DNA from: the human T2T-CHM13v2.0 reference genome, Homo sapiens
Length of the DNA stretch: 64,000 nt
Assembly: GCF_009914755.1 (NCBI RefSeq)
Contig: NC_060926.1
Strand: one strand, 5' to 3'
The notes under the pieces were generated by a model. It worked only from the letters and a program-made list of their open reading frames with translations, did not search any database and was not told the origin of the DNA. Below are positions 13,335-33,133 of this stretch, piece after piece (the stretch's first letter is position 1; every line of letters starts with the position of its first letter). Position numbers and translations under genes: made by a program.

Positions 13335-16300
13335 GAAGGTGGAAAATGGCAAATAGGAGACAGGACTAACGTGCAGCTCCCACTTGGACAGACAGTACAG
13401 CATCTGGAGACGCATATTGTTAACTTTTGTTCCAAGAATGACCACAGGAACATAACAGGAAAACTAAAGAGTTCACAGAGCCTTCAAAAGAAGTGGCTTG
13501 CTGCTGCAAACACCACAAAACAGCTAAAAAACTGTGAATCAATGAAGTGTGAGAGGGGGAAAAGTCAGCCTCTGAACACACATCCCCACTGGGGAACCCA
13601 AAAATCCAGATCATGGGAGAAGAATTTAATCTTACATAGAGCTGAAATGGATTTAGGGAGCTGTGTGAAATATAAAAGGAGAAGCAGCAGCTGGAAGAGC
13701 CCTGTAGGCACTCCTGGTCCCCAGCATGAGCCCAGGGAAGCCATTCCTGACCTCATTTCACAGAGGTCCCTTAGGGAAGGTAAGGCAGCTGGTGAAATTG
13801 GGGGAAGGGCCACAGGGTGAAGGATGCTCCTAGCTGAACTCTGTAATAATTGCAACTGAGCACAAACTTTCCTAAGCAGAATCCAGGGAGTAGGGGGCAA
13901 ATGGGAAGTGCAGATACAAGCACAGAAGCCACAGCTGACCATGCAGGTGGGCAGGCAGGGAGGTGAGAGACCTGAGAGCCCTGCTTGTTTTCTCAATGTG
14001 AAGGCTTGTACCTGAGGGCAAGACCCTAGCCCTGCTCTCTGGCTGTCTGGATACAAACTCAGTGTGGTTGGTGGGGGCAAGGTGGGAGTGAGACTGGCCT
14101 TGCTGACTCTATGGGAGCTGGGTGAGGCCTGTCACTGCTGGCTTTTCCACTTCCCTGGTGATCTATATGATGCAGCAGAGGCAGCCATAATCACCCTGGA
14201 ACATAACTCCATTGGCCTGAGAACCACCCACCATCCCCCAAAGTGACCACAGAAACCCCCACCCAAAGAGAGTCGGAGCTCAGACTAGTCTAACCCTGCC
14301 GATGGTTTTGCTCTATCTGCCCTGGTAGCCAAAGACAAAAGATAAAGCTCTTGGGAGCTCTATGGCCACAACCAAACCGGAGAAACCAAAGTACTCATCC
14401 TGGCCAATGTGGGGCAAGATTATATCCACCTCCTACCACTGCAGCTGGCACTCTCTTGAAAGTGCCACCTCCTGGCTGGACGCCAACCAAGTCAAGCCAT
14501 TACAGTAACTCAACAGAATAACCCTGCTCCAAAAAAGGAGAAAACAACAGCTAATTCCACCACCTGCAACACTCTGGCTAAACCGAGGTCCTGATTCTGT
14601 CCACATGACAACTTCACTACCAGCATAACCAGCATTCAGGAAAACCAGCACCAAACAAAACTAAAATCAAGGACTCCCACAGAGTCCACCTTATTTACTC
14701 CCCTGCCACCTCCACCTGAGCAGGTGCTGATAACCACAGAGGGGAGACCTAAAGACAGATGACATCACAGGACTCTTTGCAGACATTCCCCAGCACCAGC
14801 CTGGAGCCTGGTAACCCCAATGGGTGGCTAGACTTAGAAGGGCAATAACAATCACTGCAGTCTGGCTCTCAGGAAGCCCCATCCCTAGCACCACACCAAG
14901 GGATCACCCTGTAGGACAAAAGAATCTGAACAGCAGCCCCTGAGTTCCAGATCTTTCCACTGAAACAGTCTAACAAAATGAGAATGAACCAGAAAAGTAA
15001 TTCTGGTAACATGACAAAATGAGGTTCTATAACACCCCCAAAAGATCACACTAGCTCCTCTCTGGCAAAAGATCCAAACCAACAAGAAATCTCTGAATTG
15101 CCAGATAAAGAATCAGAAGGTTGATTATTAAGCTATTCAAGGAGGCACCAGAGAAAGGTGAAAACCAACTTAAAGAAATTTTAAAAAATACAGGATATTA
15201 ACGAAAACGTCTCCAGAGAAATAGATATCATAAAGAAAAGACAATCACAACACCTAGAAATAAAAGACCCACTTAGAGAAATGCAAAATACACTGGAAAG
15301 TTCCAACAATAGAATTGAACAAGTAGAAGAAAGGACTTCAGAGCTCAAAGACAAGGCTTTCGAATTAATGAAATCCAAAAACGACAAAAAAGAATTTTTA
15401 AAAATGAACAAGCCTCAAAGGAATTTGAGATTATGTTAAAACAACCAAACATAAAAATAATTGGTGTTCCTGAGGAAGAAGAGAATTCTAAAAGCTTGGA
15501 AAACTTATTTGAGGGAATAATCGAGGAAAACTTCCCTGGTCTTGCTAGAGACCTAGACATCCACTTACAAGAAGTCCAAAGAACACCCAGGAAATTCTTT
15601 GCAAAAAGATAATCACCTAGGCACATAGTTTTCAGGATATCTAAAGTCAAGACAAAGGAAAGAATCTTAAAGCTGTGAGGCAAAAGCATCAGGTAACCTA
15701 TAAAGGAAAACCTATCAGATTAACAGCAGATTTCTCAGCAGAAACCCTGCAAGCCAGAAGGGATTGGGGTCCTATCTTTAGCCTCCTTAATCAAAATAAT
15801 TATCAGCCAATAATTCTGTATCCAGCAAAACTAAGCTTCATAAATGAAGGAGAGATAAAGTATTTTTTAGACAAACAAATGTTGAATTTGCCAATACCAA
15901 GCAAGCACTACAAGAACTGCTAAAAGGACCTCTAAATCTTGAAACAAATCCTCGAAATACACCAAAATAGAATCTCCTTAAAGCATTCATCTCACAGGAC
16001 CTGTAAAACAATAACACAATGAAAACAAACCAAGGTATTTGGTCAACAAATAGCTTGATGAATAGAATAGTACCTCACATCTCAACACTAATGTTGAATA
16101 TAAATGGCCTAAATGCTCCACTTAAAAGATACAGAATGGCAGAATGAATGAGAATTCACCAACCAAGTATCTGTTGTCTTCAAGAGATTCAACTGACACA
16201 TAAGGACTCACATAAACTTAAGGTAAACAGGTGGAAAAAGACAGTCCATGCAAATGGACACCAAAAGTGAGCAGGCGTGGCGTAGCTATTCTTCTATCAG

Positions 16301-19222
16301 ACAAAACTAAAGCATCAGCACTTTAAAAAGACAAAGAGGGGCATTATATAATGATACAGGACTAGTTCAACAGGAAAATATCACCATCCTAAATATATAT
16401 GCACCTAACAGTGGTGCTCCCAAATTTATAAAACAATTACTACTAGACCGAAGAAATGAGACACATGGCAACACAATAATACTGGGGAAATACAATACTC
16501 TCCTGACAGCACTAGACAGGTCATCAAAATGGAAAGGCAACAAAGAAACAATGGACTTAAACTACACCCTAGAACAAATGGACTTAACAGATATTTACAG
16601 AACATTCTACCCAACAAATGAAGAATATAGATTCTTTTCATCAGCATATGGAACATTCTCCAAGACAGATCATACGATAAGCCAAAAAACAAGTCTAATA
16701 CATTTAAGCAAACTGAAATTATATCAAGTACTCTCTACTACAGTAGAATAAAATTGGAAATTAATTCCAAAAGGAATACTCAAAACTATACAAATACATT
16801 AAAACAATCTGCTCCTGAATGATCTTTTGGGCAACAATAAAATCAAGATAGAAAAAATTTCTTTGAACTGAACAATAATAGCGACACAACCTATCAACAC
16901 CTCTGGGATACAGCAACAATGGTGCTAAGAGGAAAGCTCATAGCATTAAATGCCTATTACATCAAAAAGTCGGAAAGTGCACAAATTGACAATCTAAGTT
17001 CACACCTCAAAGAACTAGAGAAACAAGAACAAATGAAACCCAAACCCAGCAGAAGAAAAGAAATAAAGATCAGAGCAGAACTAAATGAAACTGAAACAAC
17101 AACAAAAAAAGATAAATGAAAAAAAAGCTGGTTCTTTGAAGAGATAAACAAAAATCAATAGACCATTAATGAAATTAACCACGAAAAGTAGAGAGAAGAT
17201 CCAAATAAGCTCAATTAGAAATGAAATGGGAGATATTATAACCGAGATCATTCAAGGCTGCCATGAACACCATTATGCACACAAACTAGAAAACCCAGAG
17301 GAGATGGGTAAATTCCTGGAAATATACAACCCTCCTAGATTAAACCAGGAAGAAAGAAAAACTCTAAAAAGACCAATAACAAGTAGTAAGATTGAAACAG
17401 TAATTTAAAAATTCCAACGAAAGAAGTTGAGGACTAGATGGATTCACAGCTGAATTCTATCAAACATTCAAAGAAGAATTGGTATCAATACTACTGAAAG
17501 TATTCCAAGATAAACAGGGAATCCTCCCTAAATCATTCTGTGAAGCCAGTATTCCCCTAATACCAAAACCAGAAAAGGACATAACAAAAAAAGAAAACTA
17601 CAGACCAATATCCCTGATTAAGATACATGCAAAAATCCTCAACAAAATACTAACTAACTGAACCCAATAGCATATCAAAAAGATAATACACCATGACCAA
17701 GTGGGTTTCATACTAGGGATGCAGGGTTGGTTTAACATACACCAGTTGATATATGTGATAACCACATAAACAAAACAATTAAAAACAAAAATCATATAAT
17801 CATCTCAATAGATGCTGAAAAAGCATTTGACAAAATCCAGCATCACTTTATGATTAAAACCCTCAGCAAAATCAGCATAGAACAGACATATCTTAAGGTA
17901 ATAAAAGCCTTCTATGATAAACCCACAGCCAACATTATACTGAACAGGGAAAACTTGAAAGCATTCCCCCTGAGAATTGGAACAAGATGTGGATGCCCAA
18001 TTTAACCATTTCCATTCAACATAATACTGGAAGTCCTAGCCAGAGCAATCAGACAAGAGAAAGAAATAAACGGCATCTAAATCGGTAAAGAAGACAAACT
18101 GTCACTGTTTGTTGATGACATGATTGTAGACCAATACAACACTAAAAAACTCCTAGATCTGATCAATGAATTCAATAAAGTTTCAGGATACAAAATCAAT
18201 GCACAAAAATCAGTAGCACTGCTACACACCAACAGCAACGAAGCTGAGAATCAAATCAAGAACTCAGACCCTTTTAACAACAGCTGCAAAAAAAAAAAAG
18301 GAATATACCTAACCAAGGAAGTGAAAGATCTCTACAAGGAAAACTACAAAACACTGCTAAAAGAAATCATAGACACAAACAAATGGAAACACATCCCATG
18401 CTCACGGATGGATAGAATCAATATTGTGAAAATGATCATACTGCCAAAAGCAATCTATAAATTCAATGCAATTCCCATCAAAATACCATCATCATTCTTC
18501 ACAGAATTAGAAAAAAAATCCTAAAATTCATATGGAACAACAAAAAAAAGAGCCTGCATAGCCAAAGAAGACTAAGCAAAAAGAACAAATCTGGGGGCAT
18601 CACATTACCCAACTACAAACTATACTACAAGACTATAGTTACCAAAACCGCAGGGAACTAGTATAAAAACTGGCACACAGACCAGTGGAACAAAATAGAG
18701 AACCCAGAAATACGGCAAATATTTACAGCCAACTGAACTTTGACAAAGCAAACAAAAACATAAAATGGAGAAAAGGACACCCTACTACCCTACTAAACAA
18801 ATGGTGCTGGGATAATTGGCAAGAAACGTCACACACACATGCACACACACACACACAAACACATCATGGAATACTACTCTTCAGCCATAAAAACGAATGA
18901 AATAATGGCATTTACAGCAACCTGGATGCAGATGGACACCATTATTCCAAGTGATGTAACTCAGGAATGGAAAACCAAACAACATATGTTCTCACTTATA
19001 AGTGGGAGCTAAGATATGAGGATACGAAGGCAGGAGAATGATATAATGGACTCTGGGGACTCAGGGGGAAGGGTGGGAGGGGGATGAGAAATAAAAGACT
19101 ACACACTGGGTTGAGTGCACATTGATCAAGTGATGGATGTACCAAAGTCTCAGAAATCACCACTGAAGAACGTATTCATGTAACCAAACACCACTTGATC
19201 CCCAAAAACTATTGAAATAATT
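13335..19222 (+). mobile_element. Full-length L1PB1-like LINE-1 (L1PBa 5'UTR), decayed, with a large deletion in the 3' part of ORF2
   Basis: 5' aaaatggcaaataggagacaggactaacgtgcagctcccac; ORF1 remnants (KGKPIRLTADFSAETLQARRDW); ORF2 remnants; L1PB1-type 3'UTR ending cccaaaaactattgaaataa. Confidence 0.88.
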
Positions 19223-19230
19223 AAAAAATA

Positions 19231-25353
<6,123 letters not shown>

Positions 25354-26382
25354 AAAAAATAACATAAACATACTAGTCCACATTCTTCTACAATGGGATA
25401 TCTGACCTAAATACATCTGAGTGGATTATACTCTCAAACAAGGAATGAAGCCAATAACAGACATTCACCTAATATGAAATAATAAAGAGTAGAAAGAAAA
25501 ATACCTTAAAAAAAAAACTTGTCTTGTAAAGCAGGCTAAGAAATGAAAGAATTAAGGAATTCACAACATTCGTAACAAAAAAAATACACAGCACTTCACT
25601 TATCCTATTTATATGGTCATTTAAAGCAGCACCTATTTTAAGTCATAGTTCATTAAATAGAAAAGAGGCGGAAAGCCACACTTCATGACAAATTAAATGC
25701 CTTAGAGACTGGTAAATATAAAGGAAAATGCAACCATGATTTTGTGTTACCTTCAACCAAAAGCAAGAAGCACCAAAAAAAACTAATATCATTTCTAGGT
25801 GCAAAATAAGTACTTCTTAGAACAAAGCCCTTCTACAGTTAGGGACAATGAATTCTGAGAACTAGAAATACAGGGAGACTAGGTTTCCATGGATATTTGT
25901 ATCCATTTCCTAGTTTAACTATCTTTCCCAGTATTGTGGAGATTTAAAGAGGAAAATAAAGGCAACCAAGGTGTATTTAAGTTTGTATTTTGTCTCCCCA
26001 AGGGCAGAGACCACGTCATTTATTTTTGTATTTATTTGCTCACTCAACAAATCTATACTTAGAACCTAACAGATTGACAGAAGTCCAGGCAGTGGACATT
26101 TCTGGCATTCCCAAACATCTGATGAATTAATGGATAAATGAACAATAAAATGAACAAATGGTAAAGCAAAACACTTACTCTAAGAATCCTAACATTGTCA
26201 CAACTACCTGAATGCCAACACCTTGACGGGAAATCACAGGATTCACATGTGCATGCTTTTCCTTCCAGCTGTCTATCTACTGGGAGAGCCACCCAAGATC
26301 CCGCAGCTACATAAGTTGCTGGATGCCAAGAACAGCAAGTTCTTGGTGGTTAAGATGGACATCAGTGGGTGCCATCAATGAG

Positions 26383-26401
26383 CTGCCATTAGAGGGCAGC
26401 A
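26383..26401 (+). promoter_or_regulatory. Candidate CTCF-binding motif
   Basis: ctgccattagagggcagca is one mismatch from the CCACTAGAGGGCAGC core and lies in unique sequence. Confidence 0.4.
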
Positions 26402-28452
26402 GAGGATGTATTCAGCAGCAGAAAACAGAATTGCAGGCCTTTTAATCAAGACTGGGAAAACTGCACTTTATGAGAGACTGTAATTGATGATGTGAGTGGG
26501 TACACTAGAACTCCCCTCTCAATAAATATAAATCAACCAGTTTATTTGGAAAATTTAGTTAAATTCTTCAAGGAGCATTTCTTAACAACCAGTGAAAACC
26601 CATTAGGGTAGCGTAGGGGTAACTAAATCATCTCTAGTAAGTCTACATCACGTAGACACAAAATGGCAATGAACAAAATTAGAATGCAGGCCCTTTGGCC
26701 TTGCATTTCCAGAAGAAATACTATAGTTATAACTATCCTTAAGTTGAGATTAGAAATATTTTCAACTGTTGTTACAAAGTAAGAGCAATTTTAGAAATTA
26801 ACAAATACAAGTACTCAGTGCTCTATCACTCCACATATTCATATATAAAATTATACAGAAATAAACATTATTCAACTTTAGGATAATAAATTGGTGAAGC
26901 AAGTCAACAATGGAAATTTTATGTAATTTGTGTGTTATTGCAGGTGCCAGTGCATGATTACTAATCTGGTTTTGCAACAATATTGACAGTTGTAGAGGAA
27001 ACAACAACAATCCTTTGAGTAGACCTAAAATGAAAGTTATTTTTTAAAAGGGCTTTCACCAAAATACAGATTTATCCAAATGTATAGCTCCTCTAAATTA
27101 ATTTGAAAGTTAAAGTTTCACCGAATAATATCATTTTTACCATATGAATCAAGAACTAGTTTATTCAGTAAGAAATGGAGAAAAGGAAAAGAAAGCCTCT
27201 GAGATTTCAAGTTTTCTATAAAACTACTGCTAATCCACCTTAAGAGACAAAAAAATCTACATTAAGAAGTCTAGTGGAACATTAAAAGTCCTATACTATA
27301 TTTAAAATTCAAAAGTCTACTGAAAATGGTAATGACAGCCCACCACTTAAAAACCCTTTTCAAAAACTACAATATAAGCCACTACCCCTAGACCATCCTC
27401 CTCACTCTGTCCCTTCTCCACCCCTCTAGGCATTCTACCAAACCCTTATCAACAGCAAACCTCCATTTTTGAAGGTCCAGATTTAAAGTTCCTTAACTTT
27501 CATATTAATATATGAAAAAATTTTAAAAATCTTTGGCTCTTCTTAATTTACAGATAAATCCTTAGTTTGACTGCTTCTTCACCAAAATAGGAGCAGCAAA
27601 AGGAAAAAGGAACATTGCACTAGAGGAGCAAATCACACTTGTGGAATTCCAGGAGGGTCAAGATATTCCTGGAACCCCCAGCTTTAGAGTATCCCCTATG
27701 GCTAGGACCTCATTATCTACTGCCACAGTTCCCTTAGATGAGCTCTCTACCTGTACATTTTCTGCATCTAAGCCTTGTGTTGAGCTCTAGAAACCTGAAC
27801 CATTTCCTTTTCCTTTTCCAAGGCATGCATGTGTCCACTAAATTCACCTAGCTGGGTGAGGTCTCCTTCCATCACCAGAAGAGGAAATGGATACAGCCAC
27901 AATAACTTCACAAATTCCAGCATCTAATTTCCAGATTCCAACCCCTCTTCACCTACTGTAGGTGTTTCCTCTCCTCTTCTTCAACTCAGAATTTCTCTGG
28001 GTCATTACAAAACCTCATTCTCTCCCAATCTTCCTCCTAGAAAGAAGTGTTCTTCCTCTCTCCTTGGTTAAAAACACACATGCCTTCCATTGAGTTAAGA
28101 CTAAATGTAATATTCCAGATATATAAGATTTAAATGCATTCGGAACAGAGGTTCAGATGTATTTCAGGGCCCCTAATTCCACATAATTGGCATAACAAAT
28201 TAATTTTTAGTGCCCAAATGTTTATATGTTCACTACCACAAATACATAAAATAATACTTTTGTTCAAATGAAATAATATACCTGTATCATGAATTGAGAT
28301 TTTGGCACTAAATTTTTTTGTCTGTATAATGTAAATATTTGGTATGTACCAAACACTACATTGGGGAGGGGAGGAAATGTAAAAATAGTTTTTAAAAAAG
28401 GTTAAAAAAGTTTTAACTTAAAAAATGGAATATTGCTTTAAAATGGAAATTA

Positions 28453-29160
<708 letters not shown>

Positions 29161-29439
29161 TATATTGTATTTTTTGTAGTAAAACTACTGAAACAATAGA
29201 ACATTCTGCAAATTTTCAATCTGGTCAACTATTAAACTTGTTCAATTATTAAAATGTCATTTTGGAACAAACATAGGACACATGGAAAACCAAGTATTTA
29301 TAGAGTGACCACCTCTTTTCTCTCTCATAAGGACTGTAAGCGATATTAGCTATCTATCCCAAAAAAAGACTTCCCCCACCAAAGATCTCTCTACTATGGG
29401 ATTCTGTTCCAAAGAGTTGTTCTCCCTGAAATAAAGTTT

Positions 29440-29645
29440 AGTGCAGTGGCAAAAAACATGGCCTTGGAGCCAGGGTGTGACTCCCGGCCAGCCACTTACT
29501 AGCTATGTGGTTTTGGCAATTCCTTTAATTTCTTTTATGAGCAAATCACTGAACCTAACTCACAGGACTGGGACTTAAGTGAGCAAATTTGTATATATAG
29601 TTTAGTATACTCAGGATAAGCACCCAATAAATGGCATTTATTACT
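29440..29645 (+). mobile_element. MIR
   Basis: gtgcagtggcaaaaaacatggccttggagccagg...ccacttactagctatgtg...aagcacccaataaatggc. Confidence 0.6.
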
Positions 29646-30159
29646 AGCAGCTAAATCTTCCTTCCTCCACTAATTACTGGTTTACCAGTTTACTACCAGT
29701 AACTCCACTGAGGCCACCGTGAAAGCATTCCCACTAAGGCATTCTTGATCCAGAAAAATAACAGTCCCAGCCTTATCCTGATACTTTTTTATATTCCAAG
29801 AATATTCTTTCATCCTCATATTAATACTTATATATGATTCTATTAATAACCCAATGTTCTCACATGAAAAAGCTGAGGCACAGAGAAGTAATCTGCTCAA
29901 AATAATATAGAAATTAACAGATTTATAAATCATAAGAGATCATTTAGTCTAACCTTTCCATGTTGTAGATAAGGAAACTAAAATCTGGAGACACAGATTT
30001 GCCATCCTAAGGCCACAAAACAAGAAAGTAGCCTGTGAAACCTAGGCTCCTGCAACTCTGTCCAGTGCTTCTCTCCACTATATTACATTGTCACATAATA
30101 AAATCAAAATTAAAAACACTTAAATAGCAGATAACTATTATTCTATTCATTAATTTTAA

Positions 30160-30685
30160 ATAAACAAAAAATATATCCACCCAAAGACTTGTACACGAAT
30201 GTTCACAGCAGCACTGTTCATATAACAGCCAAGACATGAAAGCAACCCAAATGTTCATCAATTCTATATGGATAAACAAAACATGACACATCCATATAAT
30301 AGGATACCATTAGGCAATACAAATGAATGAAAACGCTGATATACGATATAACGAGGATAAACTTAGAAAACATACTAAGTGAAAAAAGCCAGACACAAAC
30401 ATATATTGTATTTTTGTATAAAAAAAATTCAGAATAGGCAAATCCAAACAGAAAGAAAGTAGTAGGCCAGTGGCTGCCTAGGGCTGGAGTGGGTATGGAG
30501 AGTGACTGGTAATAGACACTAAGTTTCTTTTTGGGGTGATGGAAATACTGTAAAATTAAATTGTGGTAATGGCTGCACAGCTCTGAAATCTACTAAAAAT
30601 CAATCTGTATAATTAAAATAGGTGAAATTCATGATACGTAAATTTCACCTTAGTAAAGCCATCAAAAATAATTTAAAAAATAAAC
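30160..30685 (+). mobile_element. Old L1M (MB/ME) 3' end
   Basis: ccacccaaagacttgtacacgaatgttcacagcagcac...aagccagacac...gtggctgcctagggctgg...ttggggtgatggaaat. Confidence 0.75.
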
Positions 30686-31399
30686 AACTGAATTGGTCAT
30701 TTTGTAAATCAGGATAATCTGGATGAAAATGATGTACACTTTATTAAGATATAAAAACTAAAAAAAAAAAAGTAAGCAATATTCTCTAGAAAGTCTGTAA
30801 AATGAACTGCATATGGTAAGCAATTTATCCCCAAGTGGTACTATAATCAGAACATATTGCCATGAGAAACTTCACTTTGGCAAAGACAAATTTCTTCCAA
30901 CATTGTACATCCTGGATGGTATAAAACAATGACAATAAAAGACTAAATGGATTAAATGAAGGGAAGAAAGGAGAGTATAAGCAGTATTGTTGATAACATT
31001 TATGTTCATAGATTGTCCAAACTATCTATTACTCTATATTGGAACTACAAAAGGAACTAAGATTTGCATTTTATTTTTAATCTCAAGGGAAAATTATAAA
31101 GGTCTTATATCTTAGGGTATCTCAAAGTTTTCACATCAACACACATAAAGACATCCAAGGTTTGAGTAAAGGTTAAATTTATTCCTTTCAATGCTATTAC
31201 ATGTTTTAAAACAAATCAAATTTGCTTTTGAGAAAAGGATAAATGTGCCTATGGATTAAAATGATATTATTTTGTATTCCCTAAAAATAAACTCTGAAGA
31301 GCATGATTAAACACAAATCACTTTGAAACATGGCCTAATCTAAAAAATGGGATCTCAAATTAATTATGTGTATTTCCTCACACCTCCAAATAAAAATAA

Positions 31400-31620
31400 C
31401 AATAATGCTAACATTATTGAGCATGTTTTACATATAAACACGATCCTAATCGCTTTCTGTGCATTGTTTCATTTATAACTCACAACTATCCTACTTAGTT
31501 AAAACTATTACTGTCACCATTTAACAGCAGAGGAAAACAGCAGCCTAGTGAGATGGAGAGAGGTTAACCTGCCCAACGTTATGCAGCAAAACTGGCATTT
31601 AAACCTAAGGCTAAGTCCAA
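31400..31620 (-). mobile_element. MIR
   Basis: gctaacattattgagcatg...cacaactatcc...ccatttaacagcagaggaaaac...taacctgcccaacgtt. Confidence 0.6.
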
Positions 31621-32505
31621 GGATACAATATTGTGACATAAGAAATATACTCTGTATTTTGTCTCTGCTCCTGATTCTTGGCACAAAGCTCATACAACTC
31701 TTGCAATCTCTAAAGTGCTAAGTGTCTTTTGTATGCTAATGAAATGACTGATTGCTGAAGGCTCTTTTGAAGGATGGGGGCCGGTTGCCAGGGAAATCAA
31801 CCCTGTGAATAAAGAGTTGGAACTTTCAGTCCAACCTCCCCCTACCCCCACTAACTCTGAGAAGGAAAGAAGAGCTGAAGGTTGTGTTGATCACCAATGG
31901 CCAATGATGTAATCAATCATGCTTATATAATGGAACCTCCACAAAAACCCTACAGGACTGGATTCAGGGATCCTCCATATTGTTGAACACATGGAGGTTT
32001 CTGGAGGGTGGAATGTCGACCAGAGGTCATAGAAGCTCTATGCCCCTTCCCATACACCTTGCCCTGTGTATCTCTTCCATGTGGCTCTTCATCTGTATGT
32101 TTTGTAATATCCTCTGTAATAAATGGGTAAATGTACATGTTTCCCTGAGTTCTGTGAGCCATCCTAGCAAATCAAAACTGAGGAGGGGGTCACGGGAACC
32201 CCAATTTATAGCCAGTCAGTCAGTAACACAGGTCACAACCTGGGGCTTGCAATCAGTATCTGAAGTAGAAGGGTAGTCTTGTGGGACTCACCCTCAACCT
32301 GAGGGATCTGATGCTGTCTCCAGGTAGGCAGTGTTAGAACTGAGTTAAATTACAGGATACCCAGTTGGTGTCAGCTGGCAAATTGATTGGTTGCTGGTGG
32401 GGGAAAATTTCCACACATTCTGGTGACCAGAAGTGAAGCGTTCTATGTTGACTGTGTCAGAGATGGAAAAAACAACTTAGGGTTTTTTTTCCCGTATCTC
32501 CTACA
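31621..32505 (+). mobile_element. MER21(B/C)-like solo LTR
   Basis: tattgtgacataagaaatata...gtatgctaatgaaatgactg...ccaatggccaatgatgtaatcaatcatgc...gtcttgtgggactcaccctcaacc. Confidence 0.8.
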
Positions 32506-32714
32506 GAAGCCCTACTCTTAAGCTCTAAGTTATATTAATTCTCATGCTCGTGGTAATTAATGTAGTAACCTTTACTGTAATATAAATAATAAAAGTCTTT
32601 GACATCCCTTAAATATAATTATTCATTTTTTTAAAGATATGACATTAAGGTTATATTTTTTAAAAAGAGATCTTTATATTTTAAATGACATATACTTTAA
32701 TGAAATATGTCTGG

Positions 32715-33133
32715 GTATTTTAATCTGTTCATGCTACTGTAACAAAAAAACCTGAGACTGGGTAATTTATAAATAATAGAAATTTACTTCTCACAATTCT
32801 GGAAGTTAAGAAGTCCATGATCAAGGCACCACCAGGTTCAGTGCCTGGTGAAGCCCTGTTCCTCATAGATGGTATCGTCTAGGTGTCCTCACATTGCAGA
32901 AAGATGGGAGGGCAAAAAGGGTGCAAATACTGTGTCTTCATGTGACAGAAAAGTGGGAGAGCAAGAGAGCATTCCCTTCAATCTTGAGCCCTTTTATAAG
33001 GGTGCTAGTCCCATTCACGAGAGCATAGCCCTTCTGACTCAATCACCTCCGAAAGGCTATATACCTCTTAATGCAACCACAGTTGGAACTAAGTTCCAAC
33101 ACATGAATTTTGGGGGACATTCAGACCATACCA
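32715..33133 (-). mobile_element. MaLR LTR (MST/MLT1A-like)
   Basis: gtattttaatctgttcatgctactgtaacaaaa...ctgggtaatttataaa...aagtccatgatcaagg...gggggacattcagaccatacca. Confidence 0.75.

Noticed and set aside
13371-14894. Several 60-170-aa ORFs on both strands
   Set aside because: They lie in the GC-richer L1PB 5'UTR and show no recognisable domain.
26723-26736. 14-bp palindrome atagttataactat (and the 9-bp stem at 47341-47361)
   Set aside because: Short AT-rich palindromes of this size can arise by chance in 64 kb, and there is no supporting context.
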